Shown piece after piece: positions 1 to 8,066 of a DNA stretch of 64,000 nt. This DNA comes from an uncultured Actinomycetes bacterium (GTDB lineage: Bacteria; Actinomycetota; Actinomycetes; S36-B12; UBA10799), in the NCBI GenBank assembly GCA_964474045.1, contig CAYYRC010000013.1, positions 20,413 through 84,412 of the forward strand, in the 5' to 3' direction. Position 1 is the first letter of the stretch. The number at the start of each line of letters is the position of its first letter. The notes under the pieces were generated by a model. That model ran no database searches. It had not been told where the DNA came from and saw only the letters and a list, made by a program, of their open reading frames with translations. The translations under genes were made by a program, and so were the position numbers.

Positions 1-493
1 TGTAGTTGGTGGTCCCGTTGACGATGCCCAGGACGCGCCGAACCCGGTCGCCCGCCAGCGACTCGCGCAGAGGTCGCAGCAGCGGGATCGCGCCAGCGAC
101 GGCGGCCTCGTAGTAGAGGTCCACGCCAGCCTCGCTGGCCGCCGTGTGCAGCTCCGGGCCGTCGGTGGCGATCAGGGCCTTGTTGGCCGACACCACGCTG
201 GCACCGTTGGCCATGGCCGCCAGCATGAGCTCCTTGGTCGGCTCATGGCCGCCCATGACCTCCACCACGATGTCGACGTCGGGCCGCGTCACCAGCGTCA
301 TCGGATCATCGGTCAGCAGGTCGTCGGCAATACCGTCGCGGTGCCTCGACGTGTCGCGCACGGCCACGCCGACGAGTTCCAGCGGCGCACCCGCGCGGGC
401 GGCCAGATCGTCGGCGTTGGCGGACATGATGCGGGCCACCTGGGACCCGACCGTGCCGCCGCCGAGCAGGGCGACTTTCAAGGATTCGGTCAT
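1..493 (-). CDS. hom: homoserine dehydrogenase, N-terminal part (gene runs off the left edge)
   Basis: My own translation of the minus strand from ATG 493..491: MTESLKVALLGGGTVGSQVARIM...VVSANKALIATDGPEL...YYEAAVAGAIPLLRPL...GIVNGTTNY. This shows the NAD-binding GxGxxG and the homoserine-DH catalytic-domain pattern. It starts 13 nt after the lysA stop, in the classic actinobacterial argS-lysA-hom order. Confidence 0.85.
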   Translation of the reverse strand, partial: MTESLKVALLGGGTVGSQVARIMSANADDLAARAGAPLELVGVAVRDTSRHRDGIADDLLTDDPMTLVTRPDVDIVVEVMGGHEPTKELMLAAMANGASVVSANKALIATDGPELHTAASEAGVDLYYEAAVAGAIPLLRPLRESLAGDRVRRVLGIVNGTTNY

Positions 494-506
494 GGCTCCA
501 AGGTTC

Positions 507-1892
507 TCACGCGAGGTGCGGATCGGTGGCGAACAGGTCGGCCAGCGTCTCGCGCCGCAGGACGACCGACGTCTGCCCGTGGGATGCGGCTATCACCGGC
601 GGCCGTGGCACGAGGTTGTAGTTGCTGGCCATCGAGCGGTTGTAGGCGCCCGTGGCTGCCACGGCGAGCAGGTCGCCGGCGGCCAGGTCCGCGGGGAGCC
701 AGGCATCACGGATCACGATGTCGCCGCTCTCGCAGTGCTTGCCGACCACCCGCGCGAGCATCGGCGCCGCCGCCGACACCCGGTTGGCCAGCACCACCGT
801 GTACTCGGCGTCGTAGAGCGCGGTGCGGATGTTGTCGCTCATGCCGCCGTCGACACTGACGTAGGTGCGGGTGGCGCCGCCCTCCAGGGTCCGGCGCTTG
901 ATGGTCCCGACGCGGTAGACGGTCACGGTACCGGGCCCGGCGATCGCGCGCCCGGGCTCGAAGGCCAGCCGCGGCAACGGCAGCTGCACTGCGGCGCACT
1001 CGCGCGCCACGATGCCCACGATGTCCGGCGCCATCTGGCGCACGTCCAGCGGCTGATCGGCGACCGTGTACTTGATTCCCAGCCCGCCGCCCAGGTTGAG
1101 CTCGCCGATCGCCGCACCGCGCTCGGCGCGAATCTGCGCCAGGAAGCCGACGGCCCGCCGCGCGGCGACCTCGAAGCCGCTGGCTACGAAGATCTGCGAC
1201 CCGATGTGGCTGTGGACACCCACGAGCCGCAGGTGCGGGTCGTCCAGCACCCGCCCGGCCGCCGTCATCGCCCGGCCGGAGGCCAGCGAGAAGCCGAACT
1301 TCTGGTCCTCGTGCGCGGTGGCGATGAACTCGTGGGTATGCGCCTCGACGCCCAGCGTCACGCGGATGAGCACGGGCGCGACCACCCCGCGCTCGGCGGC
1401 CAGCGCCGAGAGCCGGTCGAGCTCGTCGAACGAGTCCGCCACGATGCGGCCGACGCCGGCGTCCAAGGCCGCTGCGAGCTCACCGTCGGACTTGTTGTTG
1501 CCGTGGAAGAGGATGCGCTCCGGCGGCATGCCGGCCGCGAGGCCGAGCGCCAGCTCGCCGCCGCTGCACACGTCCAGGCCAAGCCCCTCGGCAGCGAGCC
1601 AGCGCACCACGGACGACGCCAGGAAGGCCTTGCCGGCGTAGTAGATGTCGACACCCGCAGGGCACAGCGGGGTGAAGGCCTCCAGGTAGTCCCGGGCCCG
1701 CGAGCGCACGTCGTCCGGGGAGATGACCATGACAGGAGTGTCGTGCTCGGCGGCGACTGCGGTGACGGGCACCCCGCCGATCTCGAGCGCCCCGTCGGTC
1801 TCGCTGCGCCGGGCGCCGCGGGGCCAGATCCCCGGGTCCAGCTGCCATCCGTCGGCCGCCGGTGGAGCAGGTGCCGCAGAGGACGCCAGCAC
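507..1892 (-). CDS. lysA: diaminopimelate decarboxylase
   Basis: ORF 507..2006. PLP decarboxylase motifs YAGKAF, HSHIGSQ, GGGLG, EPGRAIAG and CESGD are present. I moved the start to the in-frame GTG at 1892. It has GAGG about 10 nt upstream, avoids overlap with the argS stop at 1928, and matches where known LysA N-termini begin (PGIWPR). Confidence 0.9.
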   Translation of the reverse strand: MLASSAAPAPPAADGWQLDPGIWPRGARRSETDGALEIGGVPVTAVAAEHDTPVMVISPDDVRSRARDYLEAFTPLCPAGVDIYYAGKAFLASSVVRWLAAEGLGLDVCSGGELALGLAAGMPPERILFHGNNKSDGELAAALDAGVGRIVADSFDELDRLSALAAERGVVAPVLIRVTLGVEAHTHEFIATAHEDQKFGFSLASGRAMTAAGRVLDDPHLRLVGVHSHIGSQIFVASGFEVAARRAVGFLAQIRAERGAAIGELNLGGGLGIKYTVADQPLDVRQMAPDIVGIVARECAAVQLPLPRLAFEPGRAIAGPGTVTVYRVGTIKRRTLEGGATRTYVSVDGGMSDNIRTALYDAEYTVVLANRVSAAAPMLARVVGKHCESGDIVIRDAWLPADLAAGDLLAVAATGAYNRSMASNYNLVPRPPVIAASHGQTSVVLRRETLADLFATDPHLA

Positions 1893-1927
1893 ATCGCCGT
1901 GCCTCGGACCGGCGGGATGCGCCCGGG

Positions 1928-3595
1928 TCACATCCGCTCCGGCGCACTCACGCCCAGCATCGTGAGCCCGTTGGACAGCGTCTGCCGCGCCGCGGCGCAC
2001 AGCCACAGCCGCGCGATCCCGACCTCGGTCAGCTTCTCGTCGCCGCGCGGCAGCACCCGGCAGGAGTCGTAGAACTTGTGGTACGCGTTGGCGAGCTCCT
2101 CCAGGTAGCGCGCGACCCGGTGCGGCTCGCGCAGCTCCGCGGCGCTGCCCACCACCCGCGGCAGATCCGCGATCACCCCGATCAGGTCGCGCTCGCGCTC
2201 CTCGCCCAGCAGGCTCGCGTCGAACGGCGCCGACTGCCAGTCGATCCCGAGGTCCGCGGCGTGGCGCAGCACCGACGAGATCCGGGCGTGCGCGTACTGC
2301 ACATAGAACACCGGGTTGTCGTTGGTGCGCTTCACCAGCAGATCCAGGTCCAGCGTCAGCGGCGAGTCGGCCGGGTAGCGGATGAGCGAATAGCGCGCGG
2401 CATCCACGCCGACCTCGTCCACCAGGTCCTCGAGCGTGACGATGTCGCCGGCGCGCTTGGAAAGGCGCACCTCCTCGCCGCTGCGGTAGATCTTTACCAG
2501 CTGCCCGATGAGCACCTCGATGTTGAAGTCGGGGTCATCCCCGGCGCAGGCAGCGATGGCCTTGAGCCGGCCGACGTAGCCGTGGTGGTCGGCGCCGAGC
2601 AGGTAGATGTTGACGTCGAAGCCGCGGGCGCGCTTGTCGACGTAGTAGGCGCTGTCGGAGGCGAAGTACGTCATCTCGCCGTCGCTCTTGACCAGCACCC
2701 GGTCCTTGTCGTCGCCGAACTCCGAGGTTCGCAGCCACTTGGCACCGTCGGAGTCATAGGTGTGGCCCGCCGCGTCGAGGGCGGCGAAGCCCCGCTCCAC
2801 GGCGCCGGAGTCGTGCAGGTGACGCTCGGAGTACCACACGTCGAACTCGGTCCGGAAGAGCCGCAGGACCTGCTGCTGCTGGGCCAGCTGCAGGGCGTAG
2901 CCCTGATCCCGGAAGAACTCCATGGCATCGTCGCCGGACAGCTCGAGCGCCTCGGGGTGCTCGGCCACGATCGCCGACGCCAGGTCGATGATGTAGCCGC
3001 CGTGGTAGCCGTCGCTCGGCGCGGGACGGCCGTGCGCCGCCGCCACCAGGGAGGCCCCGAAGCGGTCCATCTGCACGCCGCGGTCGTTGACGTAGAACTC
3101 GGTGCCCACCTCCGCCCCGGCGGCGGCGAGCACCCGCGCCATGGCGTCGCCCACAGCCGCCCAGCGGGTGTGCCCCAGATGCAGCGGGCCCGTGGGGTTG
3201 GCCGAGATGTACTCGAGGTTGATCCGCTGCCCCGCCAGCGTGTCGGAGGTGCCGTAGGCCGCTCCGGCCGCGACCACGTCAGCCACGACGCGCCCGGCGG
3301 CCGCAGTCTCGACCGTGATGTTGATGAAGCCGGGGCCGGCGATGTCCACCGACGCCACGCCCGGGTCGGTCACGAGGTGTTCCGCGATCGCCTGCGCGAC
3401 CTCACGCGGGGGCCGGCCGGCCCGCTTGGCCAGACGCATGGCGATGTTCGTCGCATAGTCGCCGTGCTCAGGGTTGCGCGGACGCTCGATGACGACGTCG
3501 GCGGGGATGTCGGCGGGTGCCAGCGCCAGGTCACCGTCGGCCACGGCCGCGCGCACCGCGGCAGCAACAGCCTCGGCCAGCAGGTCAGGGGTCAT
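1928..3595 (-). CDS. argS: arginine--tRNA ligase
   Basis: 555-aa ORF. It has the class I HIGH-type motif (PTGPLHLGH), a degenerate KMSKS (RLSKRAG) and a C-terminal DALR anticodon-binding region (FYVQYAHARI ... ends ERM). Confidence 0.95.
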   Translation of the reverse strand: MTPDLLAEAVAAAVRAAVADGDLALAPADIPADVVIERPRNPEHGDYATNIAMRLAKRAGRPPREVAQAIAEHLVTDPGVASVDIAGPGFINITVETAAAGRVVADVVAAGAAYGTSDTLAGQRINLEYISANPTGPLHLGHTRWAAVGDAMARVLAAAGAEVGTEFYVNDRGVQMDRFGASLVAAAHGRPAPSDGYHGGYIIDLASAIVAEHPEALELSGDDAMEFFRDQGYALQLAQQQQVLRLFRTEFDVWYSERHLHDSGAVERGFAALDAAGHTYDSDGAKWLRTSEFGDDKDRVLVKSDGEMTYFASDSAYYVDKRARGFDVNIYLLGADHHGYVGRLKAIAACAGDDPDFNIEVLIGQLVKIYRSGEEVRLSKRAGDIVTLEDLVDEVGVDAARYSLIRYPADSPLTLDLDLLVKRTNDNPVFYVQYAHARISSVLRHAADLGIDWQSAPFDASLLGEERERDLIGVIADLPRVVGSAAELREPHRVARYLEELANAYHKFYDSCRVLPRGDEKLTEVGIARLWLCAAARQTLSNGLTMLGVSAPERM

Positions 3596-3661
3596 GGGGC
3601 AACCCTACTGATCGCGCTGGCACCGAACGATTCGGTGAGGCCCACCAGGCCGGCCGACGCG

Positions 3662-4306
3662 TCAGCAGGGCGGCGCGGCCGCGTCCGGCTCGATGGCCCG
3701 GCGGTGGGTGCTGGGCGCCAGCACGACGCGCAGCGCCAAAGGCTCCGCGGTCCCGGCGGAGGCCCCGGAGGCCGCTGCTCGGGGCTGCGGCTCGCCGGAC
3801 GAGACCAGCCGGATGGACATGGCGGCGCCATCGCGCTCGAAGCCCTCGTCGACGTCCCCATCGTCCGCGACGTTGCCGCAGACGCGGCGGTAGCCCTGCG
3901 CCTCCAGGTCACGGCGCATCTGATCGACATCCAGGTTGACCTCGTTGGCGATCTGGGCATCGGACACCTGGCGCTGCGGGATCCGCGCGAATGCCCACAA
4001 GTAGACCGTCGAGCCCTGGACGGTGGCGCACCACGGTCCCTGGTAGTACTGGCTGGACGGTCGCGTCAGATACCCCGGGTAGCCCTCGACCTCCAACCCG
4101 GTGCAGGGTCGGAAGGTCTGGCCGTACGCGCTGAAGTCGTTCACCGCGGGCCCGGTCGTGAACTGTCCGGCCGAGGCGCCGCCGGCGCCTGCCGGCTGGC
4201 CCGGCTGGCCGTCCGAGCAGGCCGACAGCGCCGTACCCAGCGCCAGGACGCCGGCTGCGGCAGCGATCGCGGCGGCACGGGACGTGGTGTCGCGGGCACC
4301 TCTCAT
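3662..4306 (-). CDS. putative lipoprotein, function unknown
   Basis: ORF 3662..4315. Signal peptide with a lipobox: AAGVLALGTALSAC followed by SDG. The start is either ATG 4306 or GTG 4315. I recognise no family. Confidence 0.6.
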   Translation of the reverse strand: MRGARDTTSRAAAIAAAAGVLALGTALSACSDGQPGQPAGAGGASAGQFTTGPAVNDFSAYGQTFRPCTGLEVEGYPGYLTRPSSQYYQGPWCATVQGSTVYLWAFARIPQRQVSDAQIANEVNLDVDQMRRDLEAQGYRRVCGNVADDGDVDEGFERDGAAMSIRLVSSGEPQPRAAASGASAGTAEPLALRVVLAPSTHRRAIEPDAAAPPC

Positions 4307-4397
4307 GGGTGACACTCTGGCATTGCGCGCCGCCGCGGGCGAGGAGGACCCGCACGACGTGTCACACCCCCCGCTGCTAGGGTTTGAACGACCCTGC

Positions 4398-4469
4398 GCC
4401 CCCGTAGCTCAGGGGATAGAGCGGTGGCCTCCGGAGCCATGCGCGCAGGTTCGAATCCTGCCGGGGGCA
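4398..4469 (+). tRNA. tRNA-Arg (anticodon CCG)
   Basis: Cloverleaf folded by hand:
- acceptor GCCCCCG/CGGGGGC
- D arm GCTC-AGGGGATA-GAGC
- anticodon arm GTGGC-CTCCGGA-GCCAT (anticodon CCG)
- T arm GCAGG-TTCGAAT-CCTGC
- discriminator A
CCA is not encoded. Confidence 0.9.
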
Positions 4470-4483
4470 CGTACCCTGGAGGC

Positions 4484-5638
4484 GTGGACCCTCATTCCCC
4501 GGAGTACGACCACCTCTTCCGCGATCAGCCGGACGGAAAGCGTATGCCCGCGGACGCCGCGGAAGCACCCACCCAGTCCCTCGGCAGTGAGGCGCGGGAC
4601 GTCGACGCGACCCGCGTCGACCGGCCCACCTCGCCCCCCGGCGGGGCGGCCGTGCCGGTCATTCCCGCTCCCGGCCAGGCGCGACCGATCAGCACCCCGC
4701 CCCCGACGAAGTCCCGACCCCGCAAGCGGCACCGGGTCCGGCGGGTCGTGCTGTGGACTCTGGCCGTCCTGCTCGTCTACGCCACGGCGCTGTTCGCGGT
4801 CTTCTACTCCGGCGTCAGCACGGTGGCCGCACTGCCGCCGGACAGCACCGCGGCCTCGTCGGGGATGAACGTCCTGATCGTCGGCAGCGACAGCCGCGCC
4901 GGGCTGAGCGAGGAACAGCAGAACGAGCTGTCGACCGGCTCCGTCGAGGGAAACCGGACCGACACGATCATGCTGCTGCACGTGCCCCTGCTCGGGGAGC
5001 CGACGCTTGTCTCCATCCCCCGCGACTCCTGGGTACCGATCCCGGGCTACGGCTCGGACAAGATCAACAGCGCCTTCGCGCTCGGCGGGCCGCAACTGCT
5101 GGTGCGGACGGTGGAGGACGTCACAGGGCTTCAGATCACCGACTACATCGAGGTCGGCTTCGCCGGCGTGGCGGCCACGACCGACGCGATGGGCGGGGTC
5201 GTCCTTTGCCCAAGGCAGGACTTCAACGACGAGAACTCGGGCCTGAACGTCAAGGCCGGCTGCCAGACCATGGATGGCCCCACGGCGCTCGCCTACGTCC
5301 GCATGCGCTACGCGGACCCGCGCGGCGACCTCGGCCGGGTGGAGCGACAGCAGGAGTACGTCGCAGCCGTGGCCAAGCGCGGCATGAGCCCGTTGACGTG
5401 GCTGCTGCCGTGGCGCGCCTTCCCGGCCGCACGGGCCGCCGGCAAGGCGCTCACCGTGTCCAACAGCACCGGCATCTTCGACCTCGGCCGCATCGGCATC
5501 GCCATGGGGGCGATAGGGATGGGCTGGGGGACGTCGGTGACGGTTCCCACCGAGGAGGAGCCGCTGTTCGTGGACGGCCAGGATGCCCTGAAGTGGAAGT
5601 CGGCCGAGGCCCTGGCGCTGTTCGACAGCCTGCGCTGA
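4484..5638 (+). CDS. LytR-CpsA-Psr (LCP) family cell-wall glycopolymer transferase
   Basis: ORF 4424..5638. LCP core motifs NVLIVGSDSR, RTDTIMLLH, SIPRDSWV and KINSAF, with one N-terminal TM helix. The longest ORF overlaps the tRNA, so the start must lie downstream. Candidates are the in-frame GTG 4484 (GGAGG only 1 nt upstream, poor spacing) or ATG 4544. Confidence 0.8.
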   Translation: MDPHSPEYDHLFRDQPDGKRMPADAAEAPTQSLGSEARDVDATRVDRPTSPPGGAAVPVIPAPGQARPISTPPPTKSRPRKRHRVRRVVLWTLAVLLVYATALFAVFYSGVSTVAALPPDSTAASSGMNVLIVGSDSRAGLSEEQQNELSTGSVEGNRTDTIMLLHVPLLGEPTLVSIPRDSWVPIPGYGSDKINSAFALGGPQLLVRTVEDVTGLQITDYIEVGFAGVAATTDAMGGVVLCPRQDFNDENSGLNVKAGCQTMDGPTALAYVRMRYADPRGDLGRVERQQEYVAAVAKRGMSPLTWLLPWRAFPAARAAGKALTVSNSTGIFDLGRIGIAMGAIGMGWGTSVTVPTEEEPLFVDGQDALKWKSAEALALFDSLR

Positions 5639-5971
5639 TCAGCCCTCGTCGCCGTCGGTGACGGCCTCGACCGCGCCCTGGGCCTTGCGCGCCCAGTCCA
5701 GCTTGGTCTGCGCCTCCGAGAGCTCCGCCTTGAGCGTATCGACGTCGGCCTGCTGCTGCGCCTTGCTCACGGTCGCCTCGTCCCGGGCGCCGCCGAGCAG
5801 GCTGCCGATGACCGGCGTGTCCTTGACCTTGTCGAGCAGGTCGCCGGCATCGCCGGTGGCCTGCAGCTGCGCCTCCGCCTGCTTGAGCTGGTCGCTGAGC
5901 GTCGCCACCTGAGCCTCGTACTGCGAGACGAGCGCCTTGGCCTTGTCCTGTGCTGCATCTGAGATGGTCAT
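5639..5971 (-). CDS. small coiled-coil protein, function unknown
   Basis: The 3-prime third of ORF 5639..6361, from ATG 5971: MTISDAAQDKAKALVSQYEAQVATLSDQLKQAEAQLQ..., 110 aa. It has heptad-like A/Q/E/K composition and high GC3. Its ATG overlaps the stop of the upstream VanZ-like gene (ATGA at 5968..5971). Confidence 0.55.
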   Translation of the reverse strand: MTISDAAQDKAKALVSQYEAQVATLSDQLKQAEAQLQATGDAGDLLDKVKDTPVIGSLLGGARDEATVSKAQQQADVDTLKAELSEAQTKLDWARKAQGAVEAVTDGDEG

Positions 5972-6321
5972 GACTTCAGGGTACCCCCGCCACGGTGCGC
6001 AACTTCCCAGCTCGTCGCGCCGATAGTGGCGCCCACAACATCGGCCAGGACGTCCTGCAGCGAGAACGAACGCTGTACCGCCAACAGTTGCAGCGACTCC
6101 GACGCCAGACCGAACGCCAGGCCGGCGGCGACGGTGGCCCACCAGCCCAGGCCGACTTCCCACCGCAGCAGCGCCGCCCAGGTGGCGAACAGCGCCGCGT
6201 GGACGACCAGGTCGAGGCCGTCGACGCCCACCTTGGGCAGGTCCGGCCCCGGGATGAGCAGGAGGCCCACGATGACCGCAGTGGCGACCAGGGTCGCCCA
6301 CGGCTTTCGGCGCAGCTGCAC
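5968..6321 (-). CDS. VanZ-like family membrane protein
   Basis: ORF 5968..6402. Four hydrophobic helices and a VanZ-like C-terminal pattern (LQDVLADVVGATIGA). I set the start at GTG 6321 to avoid overlapping the divergent hydrolase gene. Confidence 0.6.
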   Translation of the reverse strand: MQLRRKPWATLVATAVIVGLLLIPGPDLPKVGVDGLDLVVHAALFATWAALLRWEVGLGWWATVAAGLAFGLASESLQLLAVQRSFSLQDVLADVVGATIGATSWEVAHRGGGTLKS

Positions 6322-6359
6322 GAGTCGGCATGCTAGCCCTGGCGGCGTACCCTGCCACC

Positions 6360-7193
6360 ATGCGGCAGATCCCAGCTTCCGGCCTGATCTTCGACGTCTC
6401 ACTGGACGGCCCCGACGACGGCGTTCCCGTCGTGCTCCTGCACGGCTTTCCCCAGGACCACTCCTGCTGGGACCCGATCGTGGCCGACCTAGTGGCCGCC
6501 GGCTACCGCACGATCGCCCCCGACCTGCGTGGCTACTCCCCCGGCGCCCGGCCCCCGAGGTCGAGCGACTACCAGCAGGGACGGATCGTCGCGGACGTCC
6601 TGGCCATGCTCGACGTGCTCGGCTATGACGCCGCGCACGTGGTGGGTCACGACTGGGGTGGCGCCAGCGCCTGGGCGGTGGCCTCCGCGGCGCCGGATCG
6701 GGTGCGGACCCTCACCGTGCTGTCCACCCCCTATCCGTCGGCTGTGACGGCCGTCGCGCTGCGCAGCACCCAGCTGCTGAAGTCCTGGTACATGGGGCTG
6801 TTCCAGATCCCCGGTCTGGCCGAGCGGGCGCTGCACCCTGGCGGCCCGATGTGGAGGGCCATGATGCGCGGGCTGCCCCCGGCCTCGGCCGAGCGCTACA
6901 CCGCCAACGCGTCCGCGCCCGGAGCGTTGCCGGCGATGCTTCGCTGGTACCGCGCTGTTCCCCTGGACTTCCGGCGGCCGTCGGTCGACTGGCACCGGAT
7001 CACCGTTCCGACCCTCTACATCTGGGGCCAGGACGACCCGGCGCTGGGAAAGGCCGCCGCCGAGGCCACAGCCCGTTTCGTCACCGGGCCCTACACGTTC
7101 GTGGCGCTGCCCGGCCAGGGGCACTGGCTGCCCGAGCGGGCCGCCGACGAGGTCGCCCCCCTCCTGCTGGACCACCTGGCCGGCGCCCTCTGA
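6360..7193 (+). CDS. alpha/beta hydrolase (epoxide-hydrolase/haloalkane-dehalogenase-like)
   Basis: ORF 6330..7193. It has LLHGFP (oxyanion region), the nucleophile elbow GHDWGG, and a C-terminal GHW with the catalytic His. The start is ATG 6360 or 6330. Confidence 0.85.
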   Translation: MRQIPASGLIFDVSLDGPDDGVPVVLLHGFPQDHSCWDPIVADLVAAGYRTIAPDLRGYSPGARPPRSSDYQQGRIVADVLAMLDVLGYDAAHVVGHDWGGASAWAVASAAPDRVRTLTVLSTPYPSAVTAVALRSTQLLKSWYMGLFQIPGLAERALHPGGPMWRAMMRGLPPASAERYTANASAPGALPAMLRWYRAVPLDFRRPSVDWHRITVPTLYIWGQDDPALGKAAAEATARFVTGPYTFVALPGQGHWLPERAADEVAPLLLDHLAGAL

Positions 7194-7403
7194 CCGCCGC
7201 GGAGTCGGGGTACCCCGTGGGGCACCCCCGCCGGATCCCGGGCGGCTAGGGTCCTTCCCCATGAGGAGCCTGGGCTGTCGCCGACCGTCTGCGTCGGCGG
7301 GCTGAGCCCACCTCCACTGCCTTTCCACGGCGCCGCGGACACCCGTCCAACGGCGCCGTTTTCCGTTCCCGCACCACCACCGCCCATCAGGAAAGCGAGC
7401 ACC

Positions 7404-8066
7404 ATGTCCGACACCGCAACCTCCCCCGCCGCCACCGCCCTGCCCCGCATCGGCGACGCCGCCCCGGCGATCGACAGCGAGTCCACCCACGGTCCCATCA
7501 CGCTCGACACCTACGACGGCAAGTGGATCGTGCTCTTCAGCCACCCGGCGGACTTCACCCCGGTCTGCACCACCGAGTTCATCGGCTTCGCGGAGCGCAA
7601 CGACGACTTCGCCGCCCGCAACGTGCAGCTCATCGGCAACTCGGTGGACTCGATCTTCTCGCACATCGCGTGGGTCAACGCCATCCAGGAGAACCAGGGC
7701 GTGCAGATTCCCTTCCCGGTGATCGCCGACCTGGACCTCAAGGTCTCCCACGCCTACGGCATGATTCACCCCAGCGAGGGCGGCGACACCGCGGCCGTGC
7801 GCGCGGTCTTCGTCATCGACCCCGCCCGCAAGATCCGGGCGCTGGTGTACTACCCGATGAATGCCGGGCGCAACATCGACGAGATTCTGCGCCTCGTCGA
7901 TGCCCTGCAGACCGCCGACGCCAACGGCGTGTCCTGCCCGGCCAACTGGCGCCCGGGCGACGACGTCGTCGTGGCGGCCCCGCGCACGACCGAGGCGCTC
8001 GCCGCGCGCAAGGTCGACGACTCGCTCCAGCGCAAGGACTGGTTCCTCGCCACCAAGACGCTCTAG
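7404..8066 (+). CDS. peroxiredoxin (Prx6/1-Cys-like)
   Basis: 220-aa ORF with the peroxidatic motif DFTPVCTTE. The overall Prx pattern is present (WIVLFSHPADFTPVC ... VRAVFVIDP). Confidence 0.9.
   Translation: MSDTATSPAATALPRIGDAAPAIDSESTHGPITLDTYDGKWIVLFSHPADFTPVCTTEFIGFAERNDDFAARNVQLIGNSVDSIFSHIAWVNAIQENQGVQIPFPVIADLDLKVSHAYGMIHPSEGGDTAAVRAVFVIDPARKIRALVYYPMNAGRNIDEILRLVDALQTADANGVSCPANWRPGDDVVVAAPRTTEALAARKVDDSLQRKDWFLATKTL

Noticed and set aside
1862-4312. 816-aa plus-strand ORF spanning the argS and lipoprotein regions
   Set aside because: It lies antisense to the clearly recognisable argS gene. The translation is Arg/Gly/His/Pro-rich low-complexity sequence with no motifs. This is the usual stop-free antisense frame of GC-rich DNA.
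4316-4483. tRNA-Arg as an integration site for a genomic island
   Set aside because: There is no integrase, no direct repeat of the tRNA 3-prime end that I could find, and the flanking genes are housekeeping with uniform composition.
7194-7403. 6C-type small RNA (C-rich loops) in the peroxiredoxin upstream spacer
   Set aside because: The region is C-rich and has hairpins, but I could not fold two stem-loops with the conserved C-rich loops characteristic of 6C RNA. It is kept only as an unexplained structured spacer.
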